Part shown: positions 1 through 13,300 of the stretch, piece after piece
How positions within the stretch are numbered: position 1 is the stretch's first letter
Layout of the letters: each line of letters begins with the position of its first letter
Origin: Peribolospora baueri
Taxonomy: Eukaryota
Assembly (NCBI GenBank): GCA_029717555.1
Contig: JAMDHS010000061.1
Location: 1-64,000, forward strand
Reading direction: 5' to 3'
DNA: 64,000 nt
Made by a program: the position numbers and the translations under genes
The notes under the pieces: model-generated
The model's input: only the letters and a program-made list of their open reading frames with translations
Told to the model about the DNA's origin: nothing
Database searches by the model: none

Positions 1-810
1 ACTGTTGAACACGCTAAGACGGGCGCCGAAGTCGCCCAGGAGGGGACTGCAGAACAAGCTCAGGTTGAGACCGCCAAAGTCACCCAGGAGGGGACTGCCG
101 AAGTCGCCCAGGAGGAGACTGCCGAACACGCTCAGGCGGGCGCCGAAGTCGCCCAGGAGGAGACTGCCGAACACGCTCAGGTGGACACCGCCGAACACGC
201 TAAGGCGGACGTCGAAGTCGCCCAGGAGGAGACTGCTGAACACGTTCAAGTGAAGGCTGCCGACGTCGCCCAGGAGGAGACTGCTGAACACGCTCAGGTG
301 GAGACGGCTGAAGTCGCCCAGGAGACTGCCGAACACGTTCAGGTGGAGACTGCCAAAGTCACCCAGGAGGGGACTGCCGAAGTCGCCCAGGAGGAGACTG
401 CCGAACTCGCTCAGGTGGAGGCCGCCGAAGTCACCCAGGATGAGACTGTTGAACACGCTAAGACGGGCGCCGAAGTCGCCCAGGAGGGGACTGCAGAACA
501 AGCTCAGGTTGAGACCGCCAAAGTCACCCAGGAGGGGACTGCCGAAGTCGCCCAGGAGGAGACTGCCGAACTCGCTCAGGTGGAGGCCGCCGAAGTCACC
601 CAGGATGAGACTGCTGAACACGCTAAGGCGGGCGCCGAAGTCGCCGAGGAGGAGCCTGCCGAACGTGCCCAGGGCCACGCCGAAGACGCTCAGGCGGACG
701 CCGAAGTCGCTCAGGAGGGGACTGCTGAACATGTCCATGGTCACGCTGAAGACGCCCAGGCGGAGGCCGCAGACGTTCAAGCGGAGGCCGCAGACGCTCA
801 GGCGGACGCC
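1..810 (+). repeat. Coding tandem repeat with higher-order duplications
   Basis: Units of about 21-24 nt (gccgaagtcgcccaggaggagact). Bases 1-127 recur at 445-571. A ~97-nt block recurs at 352 and 517, a 165-nt period. Confidence 0.9.
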
Positions 811-873
811 GACGCAGCAGTCACCCATCCAGGAGACCACCCCACCACCGATCCTGCCGCAGACGCCAGCTGA
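1..873 (+). CDS. Acidic E/A/T/Q-rich tandem-repeat protein, C-terminal part (5' end outside window)
   Basis: Frame 1 is open from base 1 to TGA at 871-873. It consists of degenerate 7-8 aa units (TAEHAQVE / TAEVAQEE). No recognisable domain. Confidence 0.65.
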   Translation, partial: TVEHAKTGAEVAQEGTAEQAQVETAKVTQEGTAEVAQEETAEHAQAGAEVAQEETAEHAQVDTAEHAKADVEVAQEETAEHVQVKAADVAQEETAEHAQVETAEVAQETAEHVQVETAKVTQEGTAEVAQEETAELAQVEAAEVTQDETVEHAKTGAEVAQEGTAEQAQVETAKVTQEGTAEVAQEETAELAQVEAAEVTQDETAEHAKAGAEVAEEEPAERAQGHAEDAQADAEVAQEGTAEHVHGHAEDAQAEAADVQAEAADAQADADAAVTHPGDHPTTDPAADAS

Positions 874-1419
874 TGCTGCCGATGCTGGCGAAAACGCAGA
901 CGTGCCGAGCGACTCCGCTCGCAGTCCACCTGCGTGACACCACTTCAACGACCTGTGACCAATGACTACATGACTAACGACTCATGACGAATGACCCACG
1001 ACCAACAACAGCACATCTTTAAATTCGCTACCCCATTCATCTCGATATCCTACACGTACCTAGCTTTCTTCAGCTGAACAAATTGTCGGCCAATCAAACT
1101 TTCACCTCCACGCTACCGATCGCCTTTTCCTTTCTTCTTCCTGTGCTTGCAATCTGATTCGCATTGCTGTTCACGTTCGAGCTAACTCAGCCAACCTGAG
1201 ATTGGGCCGCTTTACCTCCTCTCCATTCAGTGCTATCCAAACAGCCAGGTAGGATACGAAGTCCATGCCGCGAGCATATGTGGAAATGCCGCCAGATGTT
1301 CACCTCCACCGCTCCCCGTCCGCGTACAAAGTAACAGATAATTTCTGGCAGTCAGAATTTCTCCTTTCCATTCTCAAGGACTACAGTACTGCAGTCTATA
1401 TTTGGTCTGAACGCCCCCC

Positions 1420-4379
1420 TCAGGACTTCGCCTCCGCCTTATCGCCATCTCCTTCTTCCAATGCCTCCGACGGGCCAGCCCTTGCCACCTTGCCCATCCC
1501 AGCTTCTGCCCTGACATGATCGTCATCATGTTGGAGAATCTGGCGCCCTCCAAGAACAGCTCGAGGCGATCGACGGACATTCACTTTCCCATCTGCAAAC
1601 AGCTCGTCCACCTCTTCAAGCTTGAGGTGGGCCGTCTCTGGGTAAAGGAAATAGAGGATGGGCACCTGTACAGCATTGAGGACTGAGATGCAGATTTCAT
1701 GTCGGTTCCGTCATCGAGTAGATGATCTTTTTGTTAGAGTAAGAGCTAGATCGGCACGGTTCCCTCCAGGTTGAAGGAGTTAGGATTCTCACCCGCCCAG
1801 ACTATGAAATAGCGGCTTTGAATCCTTGCTAGAGCGGTCGGCGTGATCTCCTGTGAGCACCGGACAAGGCTTCAATCAGTAAGCCATGACAGGGGGAAAG
1901 TGACCTGTTCGAGAGTTTACGTATCCCTTGGTAACTTACGGCGACGACAAAGTTCCACATCCAGCACTAGTGTGCGCACAGAAAGCACCGCACGATGGCA
2001 GAATGACCGTCGGCTTCGGGTTCGGCTTTTACCTCAAGAAAATATTCGACGCGCTTACTGAGGCAGACGCAAGGGAGGCCACTTGATGACGGATCGCGAG
2101 TGGCGAAATTTCAGCGGGGTAGAGCCACGACGGGCCCAGCCAGCCTGCGAGATGAATGGTATGGATGGACCAGGTGACCATCAGCAGTACGTATTTCACC
2201 CGATTGGCCATCGTCCAAGAAAAGAGGGCGGGACGAAAACGCACCGCCGGAGTGGATTCCGAAGAAGACAAAGACGAAGACAGCCGAGACGATTCCGCTG
2301 GCCCGAGAGCCCGCTCTGCCGACAGTGCCTGCAAGGATGGCCATGCATACAGCCTATCCACGACCGCCACAAGAAGCGATCAGTCAGGTCGGACTCCGGT
2401 TTGGATCAACTTGTCAAGAAATCCTACTGCCTCGAAGATGGTGACGACCCACCTCCAATGCCGACGATATCCACATGAGCCTTACACGGCCGACGCGGTC
2501 GATGAGCCAGAAGCCGGCGCCGATGATCCAGAAGAGCGATTGGACGCTGTTGATGCCGGCGAGGAGAAGAGAGAGATTATGGGAGAGGCCCACGTTCTTC
2601 TCAAAGAGGAAAGCCTGGTAGTAGACGACGACCTGACGTTGAAGGCAAAGCCGGGAAGGAAACGTTGGTTCGTGTAAATATGCACTTTGGATGGTGAGGC
2701 CTTGATTGGGAATGGCTACGGGACCCGCAGGCATAGCAGTTACTCACATCCACTAGAGTTCGACGAGGTCCGGAGGGAGGATGATAACAGCCAGTCAGCT
2801 CCACTGGACCACGTTGGGTCATCACCACGTCATGCTACTTACCGCCCGTCAGCTTCATCATGGACAAGCAACCAAGTCCAAGCAACGTCCTATATCGGAA
2901 GCACTGCTTGTTGCTCTGGAAGCACGCCCAGTAGCTCTGCTCCTTACTCTTCTCCCGCTCCTGCGTCTTCCCCTGCGCCGCGGACACGAGTTCGTACTCG
3001 AGCTTGATGGCCTGGCGGATGTCGCGAATCACTACTTCCGCCTCCGCCTCTGTCGTTAGGCGGGTCATGATAGCGTGTGCTTCGGAATAGCGACCGCGGT
3101 CGGCAAGCCTGAGAGACGGGCGTACGAACGACGTGAACAGTTAGTGCTGACGCCAGAAAGGATCAGGGAGTGCACCGACCAGGAAATATGATTTTCACCA
3201 GCGCGGCGACTCAGGAAGTACGAGCAGGTAGAGCGCGAGGAGGGTGATGGGAAAGCTGCGCAAGAAAGAGATGGGATGGATCACCGTGTCAGAAAGCGGC
3301 GCCGAGATGCTCGTGGCGGATGGAGGAACGGAAAGAGCGCCGTCTCACACGCATTGAAATGCCATGGGAAATCTCCACTGCGCTGCCGGCATCGAGTGAA
3401 CAAAGGACATGCCGTAATTGAGCTGGAGCAAAGGGCATGGGATCGTCATGATTCGTATGGCCCTCGGGTTAGGACTCCCACCTCTCCTCCTTCTGTTCGC
3501 TCACCCAGTAGGAAATCGAAATGCCAATTCCCGCTCCTACCAATTCGAGGTTAACCAACATGCCGCGGTGTTTGGGCCGGACTGCCAAAGAGGCGAAGGG
3601 AGCCACGGCGAGGTAGAATGATTAGTGAGGTCACCCGATGGTATTTTCGAATCCATATTCCTTGCAACTGGTCCCAGCTCGAAACTCGAAGCGTTCGAAT
3701 TCTCACCGCATTCGGCGACGTACATGGGGCTCATGCTCGTATTGATGCCCAGTCCGAAGCCCGTGAGGACACGGAAAACGATGAGCATGGGCACATTTTG
3801 AGATGCAGATTGGAGGGCGCCTCCAATCAGGACAAGAAGACCTAGCATTGAGAAGAACGGAAGGTGCTGAGTGTGTGTACGGAAAGCCGGCTGGCCTCGA
3901 CCTGTGGTTCTCAACTTACTCACTTCCGAGCATGATGGAACGCCTTCGTCCAAGTTTGTTCCCCCAACTGGACCGAGAGAACGGAAGACAACGCATGGCT
4001 TCGTTACAGACTAGCGCCATATCTCTATGAAAGCGGGAGCGGAATTAGAGCTCACATGGAGGCGGCGATGGAGCCGAAAAAGCAGCCGACTTCATAGACG
4101 GCCACCACTGTGCCGAGGAGGTTGCTGTTCGTCTCAAGGCTGGGGAAGGTGCGGAGGAAGTCGCGTCCGTTGATCAATCCCCCCATGACGCCCTGATCGT
4201 AACTGAATGGGAGGAACGAGGAGAAGGAGGGCCGAGTTGACATTCAGACGGCGGGGAGGAGAGGATAGAGAGCCTCAGGTCCCTTGCAAGAGACGCGCTT
4301 ACCCGAAGAGCAGGAAGGAGAGTAGCCCTGAGGCGACTACGAGGAACACGAGCGGTCTCCCGCTCAGCTTGACTGCCAT
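1420..4379 (-). CDS. MFS sugar-porter family transporter, STL1 (glycerol/H+ symporter)-like, multi-exon
   Basis: Spliced translation gives MAVKLSGRPL...FGYDQGVMGG, KLGRRRSI, PMYVAEC, WRFPMAFQ, LPESPRW, LIDRVGR, WLYPAEISPL and YPET..LEEVDELF. Canonical GT-AG introns keep the frame at the junctions I checked. Confidence 0.92.
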
Positions 4380-5210
4380 CGGCTGATTGACGAAAGACAA
4401 TTCCCAATGGCCGGCGAGAAGAGAAAGAGGGTGAAAGGAGGGGGGAAAAAGGTGAGGACACAGTTGACTTGTTCTCAACTACGAGCGAACATAGAGATGT
4501 CCTCTCGCCAGAAAGCTGGGGCAACACATGTTGTCTCCTTAAAGCGGGCCCTCGTACGGACCGAGAGACTCGGAGAACCATCGTCTGTCAAGGTCGCACG
4601 GGACATGTCGTCTGAAGAGCCACACATCATCTGTCGAGGAGCCACCGTAATGGCTAGGCTCGTGGGGCGCTAGAAATTTCACCCCGCATAGGCCACGACA
4701 TCTCCAAGCCGTTAACCCAGCCCGCCTCAAGTGGAGAGTTGTGCACCTCGACGTCTGCGCTCGCATGCGGTGACCGAGCGGTCCTTTGGTTGCCGCACGT
4801 TAAAGGAGCTCAAAGAACAAGTCTGGAGGATGCGGGGTAGAATGCGTGGTAAGTGCTGGCGAGCGCAGTTTAGCTCAACTCCGTCTCACCCTTTTGGCGG
4901 TACAATTGTTTTTCCGAGGCGGAAAAGCCATCAGTCGTCTGGACTTCTCCCTCCGCTCAGATGATGGTCACTCGTAGAGGTGCTTGTGCGTCGCGCAGCT
5001 CGCTGCGTGGTCAACGTCTCATCTCCACAACCCGTAGCAGTTGTGCCCGTGACTGCTGGCGAAGATGGTGCCCCACATAATGGAACAAAGGAAAAAAGCT
5101 CCAAGGGGAAACATTCCAGACGCAGTATTGCAAAGGAGAGCGAGCGAGTGGTCTCTATAGCTACTCTCTCAGCCACGACCCGCCCAGTCTCCCCAAACTG
5201 AGCCACCGTC

Positions 5211-6022
5211 TCACTCCTGCGCACCGGGCCTCCCCTCCCCGAGCCCACCCTTGACGAGGTCGGGCATCCTCCGCACGACCTTTCCCTCGTTGCGAGCGTG
5301 CTTGCGCAGCCTGTGGCCCAGCCGTCCGGGCGTCTCGAAGAAGGTTACCCAGCGCTCCGGCGGCTGCTTCTTCTCGATCGCCCAGTAGTAAATCGACCAG
5401 TCGTTTTCGTCTAAGAGCTGCAGAGATGCGTATGACGAAAACGCACATTCGTCAGCCACCAGGCCATTCGTTCAGTCAATGAAACGAGTATTGAGGCCCC
5501 AAAGTCCTAAGCCTTCCTGACAGTCACAGCTCGCACCTTCTCATGGAAGGGGACGAAACTGTATGATGCCGACCCCCCCCTCCCCCCAAAAAAAAAACAG
5601 AAGAGAAATAAACCCACTTTATCAAACTCTTCCATCTCCTCCCTACTCATCTGGGGAAGGAATTCCCTCGCAAAAGTGCTCAACAGCAGGTCTGTCTCGA
5701 GAGTGCCCCTCTTCCTCGTCTGATACACCAACCTCGCCCGCATCGTCTCGTCCGACTCCTTCCCCCGCGGCAGACGCAGCGGCACGGGATTTCCTTCGGG
5801 GTCAAAGTCGACTGTCGCCGATGTGATGGGGCCGTTGGAGAGAGGAAGGGGGAACGGGTCTAGGAAAGGCGTTTTCGGGTTCGACGGGTCGTCGGAGCCG
5901 CCTTGAGCGGAAGAGGAGGACCAACGCGCGGTGGCCGTCGCCGCAGGTGTCCGAGAGACGGGGGGCGCGACCGACACGGCCGCGGAGCGGAAAGAGGAGA
6001 GACGGCTGGCGAAGCGGACCAT
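5211..6022 (-). CDS. SDH5: Succinate dehydrogenase assembly factor 2 (flavinator)
   Basis: Mitochondrial-type R/S-rich N-terminus, [23 protein letters not shown], and a second exon [13 protein letters not shown]. Confidence 0.95.
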
Positions 6023-6639
6023 CGTGAAGGTGCCTTTTCCAGTGGTCTGGTGGTGGCTAGAGAGGTCGAGTTATCTCATGAAACGAGTGGGGGATGGGTA
6101 CCGGGGCGGCCTTGATCGGGGAGGAGGTAAGCGGGAGGGAACGGAGATGCTGACAAAGGCATCATCCATCCGGCGCCGCTTCTCTTCCGCCTACTTACTG
6201 AAATGAATCGATTGACGGGACACTTCTTCCTATATGAGCAAAGCTGTTCATCACACATCGAGTGGGCATTGGACGAGATATTGGGTATCAGACGAGACCG
6301 GGCTCCGAAGAGATGGCCGTGCTATGTTTACAAGACGACAGGAGGTGGTGGTGCAAAGCGGAGCAACTGCGAGAGAGGGGAGGAGGAAGAGAGGTGAGGG
6401 GAGCGGAGGGAAGGGGAGGGAAGGGGAGTCGAGGGGAGTCGAGGGAAGCGGTACCAGTGCAGAGGGAGACGAGCAAATGGGATATGAACAGCTCGGCGCG
6501 GGTAGGTGGAGTAGGAAGCCAAAAAGGCCAGGGCATGAGGAATGGATGTGGGGATGGAGGGAAGCGCGGACGGAGGACGGAAAAGGAAGAAATGCGGTTG
6601 AGGGTTGCAGTCCAGGCAACCTGGTACCCTTTCAATCCC

Positions 6640-8095
6640 TTACGAGCCCCAGACGGTGGAAAGGAAGTTTGCGGGCTCGTCGGGGTACTGCCAGAGCATC
6701 AGACCAGCGTTCCAGCCCTTAGACTTGGCCTGGGAGACGCAAGTGGCCAGAGCGGAGGGGTCCATGTAGCCACCGTTGTTCTGGTCACCGATGTTGGCAG
6801 GCTTGCCGATGACGAGCTTGCTCTGGTCCACGCCGGCGGCGGCAATCTGGAACAGAGACGTGTTAGGCGCCGCGCTGGAGTTGTTCAACAGGTCGTCGCA
6901 GCTAGTGTAACCGCTGGTACCCTGGTTGTAAAACTGAATGTTGTACCAGCTGAGAGAGGGGGCGATGAAAGACGAGAAAAAAAGCAAGCCCAACTTTAGC
7001 AGTGCTTCCTTTGACGCTTCGCTTCACAGTCGTGACACCAAATCACGGTCACGAGCCACTCACTCGATGGCAGAGCCAACGCCGGAGTTGACCTTGAGGT
7101 AACCGCCACCAGGGTAGTGGCCATCGTTGCGGAACCATGGGGCAACGGGAGCATGAGTGATGATGTACTGGTTTGCAGGCAGCTGGCTGCGAAGCTCGTT
7201 TGTGAAGGTGATGAGCCACTCCTCGGCCGTACCGCCGTTTACGGCTGCGAACTGAAAATAGAAAGGGCGCAAAGGAGAACGTTAGCGTCATGTCACCAAG
7301 CTCACATGTGCTACGAATAAAAGGTACTCACGTCTTCGTAGTCAACGTCCACGCCGTCCTGGGATGATGCGTATACCAAGAAGAGTAGGGACGGTAAGCG
7401 CATAAGATCATCATCTCTCTTGAGAGCATGGCATAACCTCGCCAGACTTACGAGACCCCACTGCTTGACGAAGGCGGCGAGTTTGTCGGCCGTGCCCTTG
7501 GGGTCAGCGTTGGACGAGGTGGGGGTCTCGGTGGCGCCGAAGGCGGCAACGATGAGCTTCTTGCCGTTAGCACTGAGAGAGAGATTGGTGAGGAAAGGGG
7601 CAAGGAGATGTCATTCAGCCGCTTCACCTCGGGCGATCATTCCCAGCAGATATTGAACGATGTAGAATGCATACTCACGCGTAGTCTGACTTGATGGAGG
7701 AGCGCTGGTCGGCAGTCAGCTGGGTCCAGCCGAGAGCCATGTCGGCAGCGCCGGAGGAGAGCCAGAAGGAGAGAGCAAAAACATTCCATTCGCCGAGAAC
7801 AGCTGAGGTCGGGGGCAGGCCCATGTTCGTCCATTTGTCGCTGCATAGATGGTAAATGGGCCCGGTGGAATTAAGATCAGGTCTTCCAACGGAAGCCCCG
7901 CTGCAGGCTCGTTATGAGGATAACGCAAGATAACCCTACTCACGAGTAGAGGACGAAATGAGGAGCATTCTGGGTGGCCTTGACCGACCCGGTGCTTCGG
8001 ACCGCCGGCACGGGGGCGGCGAAGGTCGGTGCAAAGGTCGACGCCCAGAGGGCCACGGCGCCGACAGCAGAGGAGAGGGCAAGAGTGACCTTCAT
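6640..8095 (-). CDS. Secreted glycoside hydrolase family 18 chitinase
   Basis: Signal peptide MKVTLALSSAVGAVALW. Motifs KKLIVAAFGAT, DGVDVDYED (catalytic DxxDxDxE, exon 7332-7358), ITHAPVAPWF, WYNIQFYNQG, KLVIGKPA and GLMLWQY. Confidence 0.93.
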
Positions 8096-10325
8096 TGTAG
8101 GGGGCTGCAAATGAAAGTGAGTTCTGAAAGAACGTGAGGGAGGGCTCGGCGGAGAGCGTCGAAGACGAGGGCCTGGGGAGGCAGGCTGGGTGAGGAGCGG
8201 TGGAAGAACGTCAATCAAGCCAGAGAAGTGAGCATGCTGGTTCTTATAGCCAGTTGACCACGTCCAGTTTCCTGAGCTGATTCTCGAGAAGATCCTCAAG
8301 AAGATCACGAGGGATCTGGAGCGACTACGTTTCAGATGAGCACAGGCGTATCTGACTGTCAAAATAGGCAAGCACAGAAAAAAAATGAGGTTGTACAGCA
8401 CCGCACCAACGTCCATCCGTGTCCACGAGGTCTCATGATACGAAGATAGTCCCTCGCGAGCCGTAGGTGGAGCAGGCGAGAAAGTGAGACTGGGTTGGAT
8501 TGGAAGGAGCGCGGCATGAACGGCTCGAGGTCATGAGTGAATGGGGTGCGAGAACCGGAACGAGATATCCGACTACCATCAGGTCCTAGTGGCAAACCTG
8601 AGAATGAGTCGAAGGTGAGAGGCTAAACTTCAAAGAGGAAGACGGAAGTGGAGCATGGTCAGATTCAGAGCCGCCGGGCGGACCGCGTGACGGGTTCCAT
8701 AGGCTGGAGCGGCTGAGCAGACGTCCGATAAGTGGGCCTGTGGTCGGATAAAGGTTGCAGTATCAGAACGACACAGAGTCTAGCAAATTAGCAGGTAGGA
8801 ACGGACTGGCACATGAACGTAGACGAGTAAGTGCAGAAGGAATTCCGGAGCACGGACAGGGGCACGGGACCCTCCGGAGGTCACCATCGGCCTTCAAGGG
8901 CCGAATAAGCTAAGTTAGCGTAATGTCTTGATCGCCAGAATGCAGGAGAACGCAATCAGCTATTCCCAGTCCACTGAGAGCCATCTGTACGCTAAGGGGT
9001 TACTCACGGTCGGACGAAGATTCGGAACGTCGTCCATGTAGGCGGCAAAGGTCGGACATGCTGTGTTGGCTGAGCGTCCCAGCTTAACGATACGCGGAGA
9101 GGCACCACACCCGGAAATTGGGGCCGGAAGCAGGCAAGACTCCCGTGATCGCCTATGCAGTAACAATCTACAGTATGACTTCTGCAGGTCAGCACAATCA
9201 GCAGGTGTCTTCGCCCCGCAAATGAGTGGCTGCGATGGCGGCGGGATGAGCGAAATGGTGGATCGACGGACGGAAGGATATCTAGACTCGGTGCTCCTTC
9301 CCGCCGAGACGACGGAGCACATGACCCTCGCTGCGGCACGCTGAGTCACGTGCTCTTTTCAGACGTCGACTTCCGTCTTTCGCGGGTTGCTTATCTTCGG
9401 CATCGACGATCGCTTCCGCCGCTCCATCGCATCAACTGCCCGCTACCACGTCCCCGAGGTGGATTCAGCGGTGATTATCCGGTCCTCATATGTCTCGGAT
9501 GTAGTGGATAGCTGAGAACTCGGCTGACGAGGGTGACATGGTACGAGTCGCAGCAGGACTGCTGCGAGGAAGCAAGAAGGCTCACGGGCGTTCACTCTGA
9601 GGACGACAACCTCGCCATGCACCGAGATAGGCCAATCCAAGTCGTCCATCAATGCTACCCCTTTCTTGGGCGGCGCGACGGGTTTGCCCGATACTGGACT
9701 CTCGAACTCGGCCGAAGGGAGGAAAACCGCCTTTTCGGATTGAACCTGTGCTTTGAGACATCATTAAAACGAGTTTCACGTCCTCGCTTAATTGCTGGCC
9801 GGAAGGGAGGGGGGCGGAAGGGGTCTCCTCACGGACTGATTTTACCTTTCCCCACGCCTTTGACCTGGCCCGATTCAGATCACCTTACGATACTCCATCC
9901 ACTCCTGATTCGAAAGGGATTCAATTAGTTGATCCGTTATGATAGATGTAACTTCACTTCTACCCGGCCATTAATGAACGTGCCAGAGGCCGAGGCCCGT
10001 TGGTCTATGCATGAAGTAAAGTGAATATGCTCCTTGGCAAGTGATTGGAGCATGACAGTGAGGATCATCACAAACAAAATGTAATAGCACTAATGACAAT
10101 GGCACAGAGGTTTGAAGAAAGGGAGGCAGCCCCCTCTAATTAAAGGAGTGGAGTGTACGTACGAGCAGAGTCGTGGCGATCACCACGTCGCATCACGCCT
10201 TCCTTTCCAACCATGGGGTTCATACAGTTCCATTATTAGGTATTAGATAATCTTCAGCCGCGGGATAAAGTTTGAATCAAAACACAGGGATTGGGAGGCC
10301 CTTGAGTCTGAGGACCGAAGTGCTT

Positions 10326-13300
10326 TCAGCCTCGGCGCTTCCACCCCCATACGGAACGCCTCGTGTCCGTGGCAGACGAATGTGACCGTCCCTTGATCGT
10401 GGCCGAGTCTGCACTGACGGGAGCGACCGCGCCTCCCCCAGCGCCAAAGCCGAGAAAGAGGCTGCCGACGCCTTCGGTGATTGCCTCTGCTGCCAGACTC
10501 ACCGGCCGGCCAATGCCGCCAATAGCTGCGCTCGAGGGAAGAACAGGCGCCGAAGGCATGGGCAAGACAGCGGCGAGACGAGGTCGGTATAGCTCTTGCT
10601 CGTAGGGAGACGCTAAGCGCGGTCCCGAGGCGGAGAGGGCGTGATAGGAGGAATCATCGAACTGAGAGCGGGCATGACGGAGGTTGGCGACCACCTTCGG
10701 GGATACGGAAGAAAAGGACCAAAACGTACAGCCGTCGCGGCTCAACGTCTAGGGCGACAACGAGGAAATGAACAAGCGTTCATCAAATAGCTCACCCTCT
10801 CAAAGAAATCGATCTGCCCATCCAAATAGCCTTCCATGAGCCTCCTATAATCCTCCACCCTCTCATCGTGAGCGCGGTCCATCTCGCTCATGGTCACATT
10901 CAAGACAGTCTCGCACCGGGCAATCACATCCTCGGCGGGGGGAGGAGCGTCTTTTCCAGCTCCAGAATGAGGACTGGGAGACATTTCAGGCCCGCCTAAG
11001 CCTGAGCTGGAAGGGATTGGCTCATCCGGACCAATTGGAAGGCCGTCGATTGTCGCTGCTTGGGAGACACCAGTTCCGGAGGTGGATGACGGATGCTCAG
11101 GAGTCTCCTCATCAACGTCGCTACCCGAGGCCATGCGATATTTCGCAAGAGTTGCTCGATGCATTTCCAGTAACGCCTACGTGAAAAGCACCAGCATGCT
11201 TCTATCAGTAGTATATCGGAGGATGCCTATATTTGAATACATTCGCTTACCGCATGCTGAGCATGAGGCCTCGAGATGTCCTTGAAACCTTCATGGATGC
11301 TGAGGAGCGTGCGCCTCGCATGATCGTCATGAAGATCGGCCACAGCCTGCAGCGACTCTGCTGTGGCTTGAACGGCCTTCGTCAGGCTCAAGCACTCTAC
11401 AGAGCGCGAGTAGGTGTACCAGATATTGTGACAAACGAATGAACGGTAAGCAACCTTCCTAAATGAATGAGTCACTGCGTCATATCGACAACACGACTAA
11501 CCTTCGCAATCATCGCGCCAACACCAAGCTCCCTGCTCGTTGTACGCCCCTTTCTCGCTCCGCTTGCCCAGACGACCCATGGGGGGAAAGGCCGTTCCGA
11601 AAGCGCTGCTGGCACCATTCATCTCCGTGGCGCCCTCGAGCTTCGAGTCAGCCTCTGGGGAAGTGAATGTTGTGGCGACAACAGGAGTTATAGGGGCCTC
11701 GTCCTCTGAGAGCCCGAGTGCCTCTCCGGTAATGAGGCGGAGTAAGGAGTAGGAAAGGCCTCTGTAGGTGTTTGATGAAGCTGGGAAAGGAAAAGAAATT
11801 TCAGTCAGAACGTCAGAAATGACGTTCCTTTTCAAGATTCACAACGAAGAGGAACATGCGTCTCACCAACGGCACCGTTCCGAACGCCCTTGACGGCCTG
11901 CAGGACGCCTTTGACCCCGAGCTCACTGCACCTAGTATGCTTCTCAAAAGCCTCGAAGTCCGTGGTGGCTTCTTCGGTATCGACGTTGAACTCTGGGTGA
12001 TATACGTGGGCGAAAAAGTCGGAGGCAGAGCCACTGTTACTTGATGCGGCTACTCGAGGAGCCATCTTGCGCCATTCCTTTCAACCGTGGGTATGGAGTT
12101 GGGAAGCAGACTGTGAGCGAAGCTGAAGCTCAACATTGCCACAAACGGTTCGCTTGAGTAAATCAACACACCACCTCGTCTTCACAACTCAAGAAAAACG
12201 TGACGCTCTCCGCGTATCGAACCACAGGATGACGAACGACGCGATCCAACCACATTTCCAAATCGGCTCTCCTGGTTTCGACAAATTCTTTGCTGAATCT
12301 CCCCGCGTACTGCTTTTCGGGAAGCGCGGGAAGAACGAGCGCTGGGAATTTGCGCGACAGGAGACTTGCGAGCCAGAAAAATTGACTGAAACGTCTTTCG
12401 ACGGTGAGGGTAGGGCCGTGACCTTCGGAAGCGCCATCCTCCGTCGAATCGTCCTCAGGGCTTTCGGTGCCGTAAGGTGACGAGAAGTAACTCGTCACTT
12501 GGAAGACCGTGTACTCTTGGATGCCTGAAAGCTTGGTGCGCTTCTCGGGAGAGTGGACGCGGACAGCAAATGGAGGCGTCTTCGCCTTCCAGCGCGGGCC
12601 GGCAGGACCTCCCTGAGATAAATGTGAGCAAAGGATATGTGAGAAAGTCCTTGAAACTTCAAACGCGCGAGCCTTGGTAGGGCGCATAGAGTGTATCCAC
12701 AAACTCACTTCAATGTAGTGCTTGTCGTGCTCAGCTACCCCGGCTTCCTCCCCATTCGTCTCATCAGAGCCTTCCAAGGACTCCTGCTTTCCCAGTACAG
12801 AGCAAGGTTCCTTTGGCTCTTCTTCCACGTCCCTTCCCCATTCGGCCGTGGCGTCCTGAGCAGCCGCGGCCGCATCGGCATCAGCGACCATTTTGTCCCA
12901 GGACGACGCTTCTTCTTGCGTGGAAGACACCTTGGACTCGTCACCGTAGTCCTTCTTTGCTCTGATAGTTCCACCTTGTTCTCCTGCTGGCCAAAGATTC
13001 CAGGTCCGATCGCTCGCGATGCTCGAAGAACCACCCGAGCCTTCGCGCCTCATATTCGAACTTCCCGAGCCAGGCTTCAATGCTGTACCACTAGGACCAG
13101 AAATGATGAACTCTTCCGCTCCGCTCGTTACAAACGGCGAGAAGCGATTGAAACTCCTTCCTCCAAAGAGTGTGCCATGCCAGCCACCGGAGGCAACGAT
13201 GGTGCTGTTGCTCCCACCAGGAGTTATCAAACTGGGGAAGTTGAAGAAAGCAGAAGACAGCGATAGCGAAGGCGGAGGAGTAGGCGCGGAGCCTCCGGTA

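Noticed and set aside
1..810. Regular short repeats as a possible CRISPR array
   Set aside because: The units are contiguous, in-frame and degenerate, with no unique spacers. The context is eukaryotic and there are no cas genes.
8400..10300. Short ORFs upstream of the chitinase
   Set aside because: They have no recognisable motifs or coherent exon chain, so I treated the region as intergenic.
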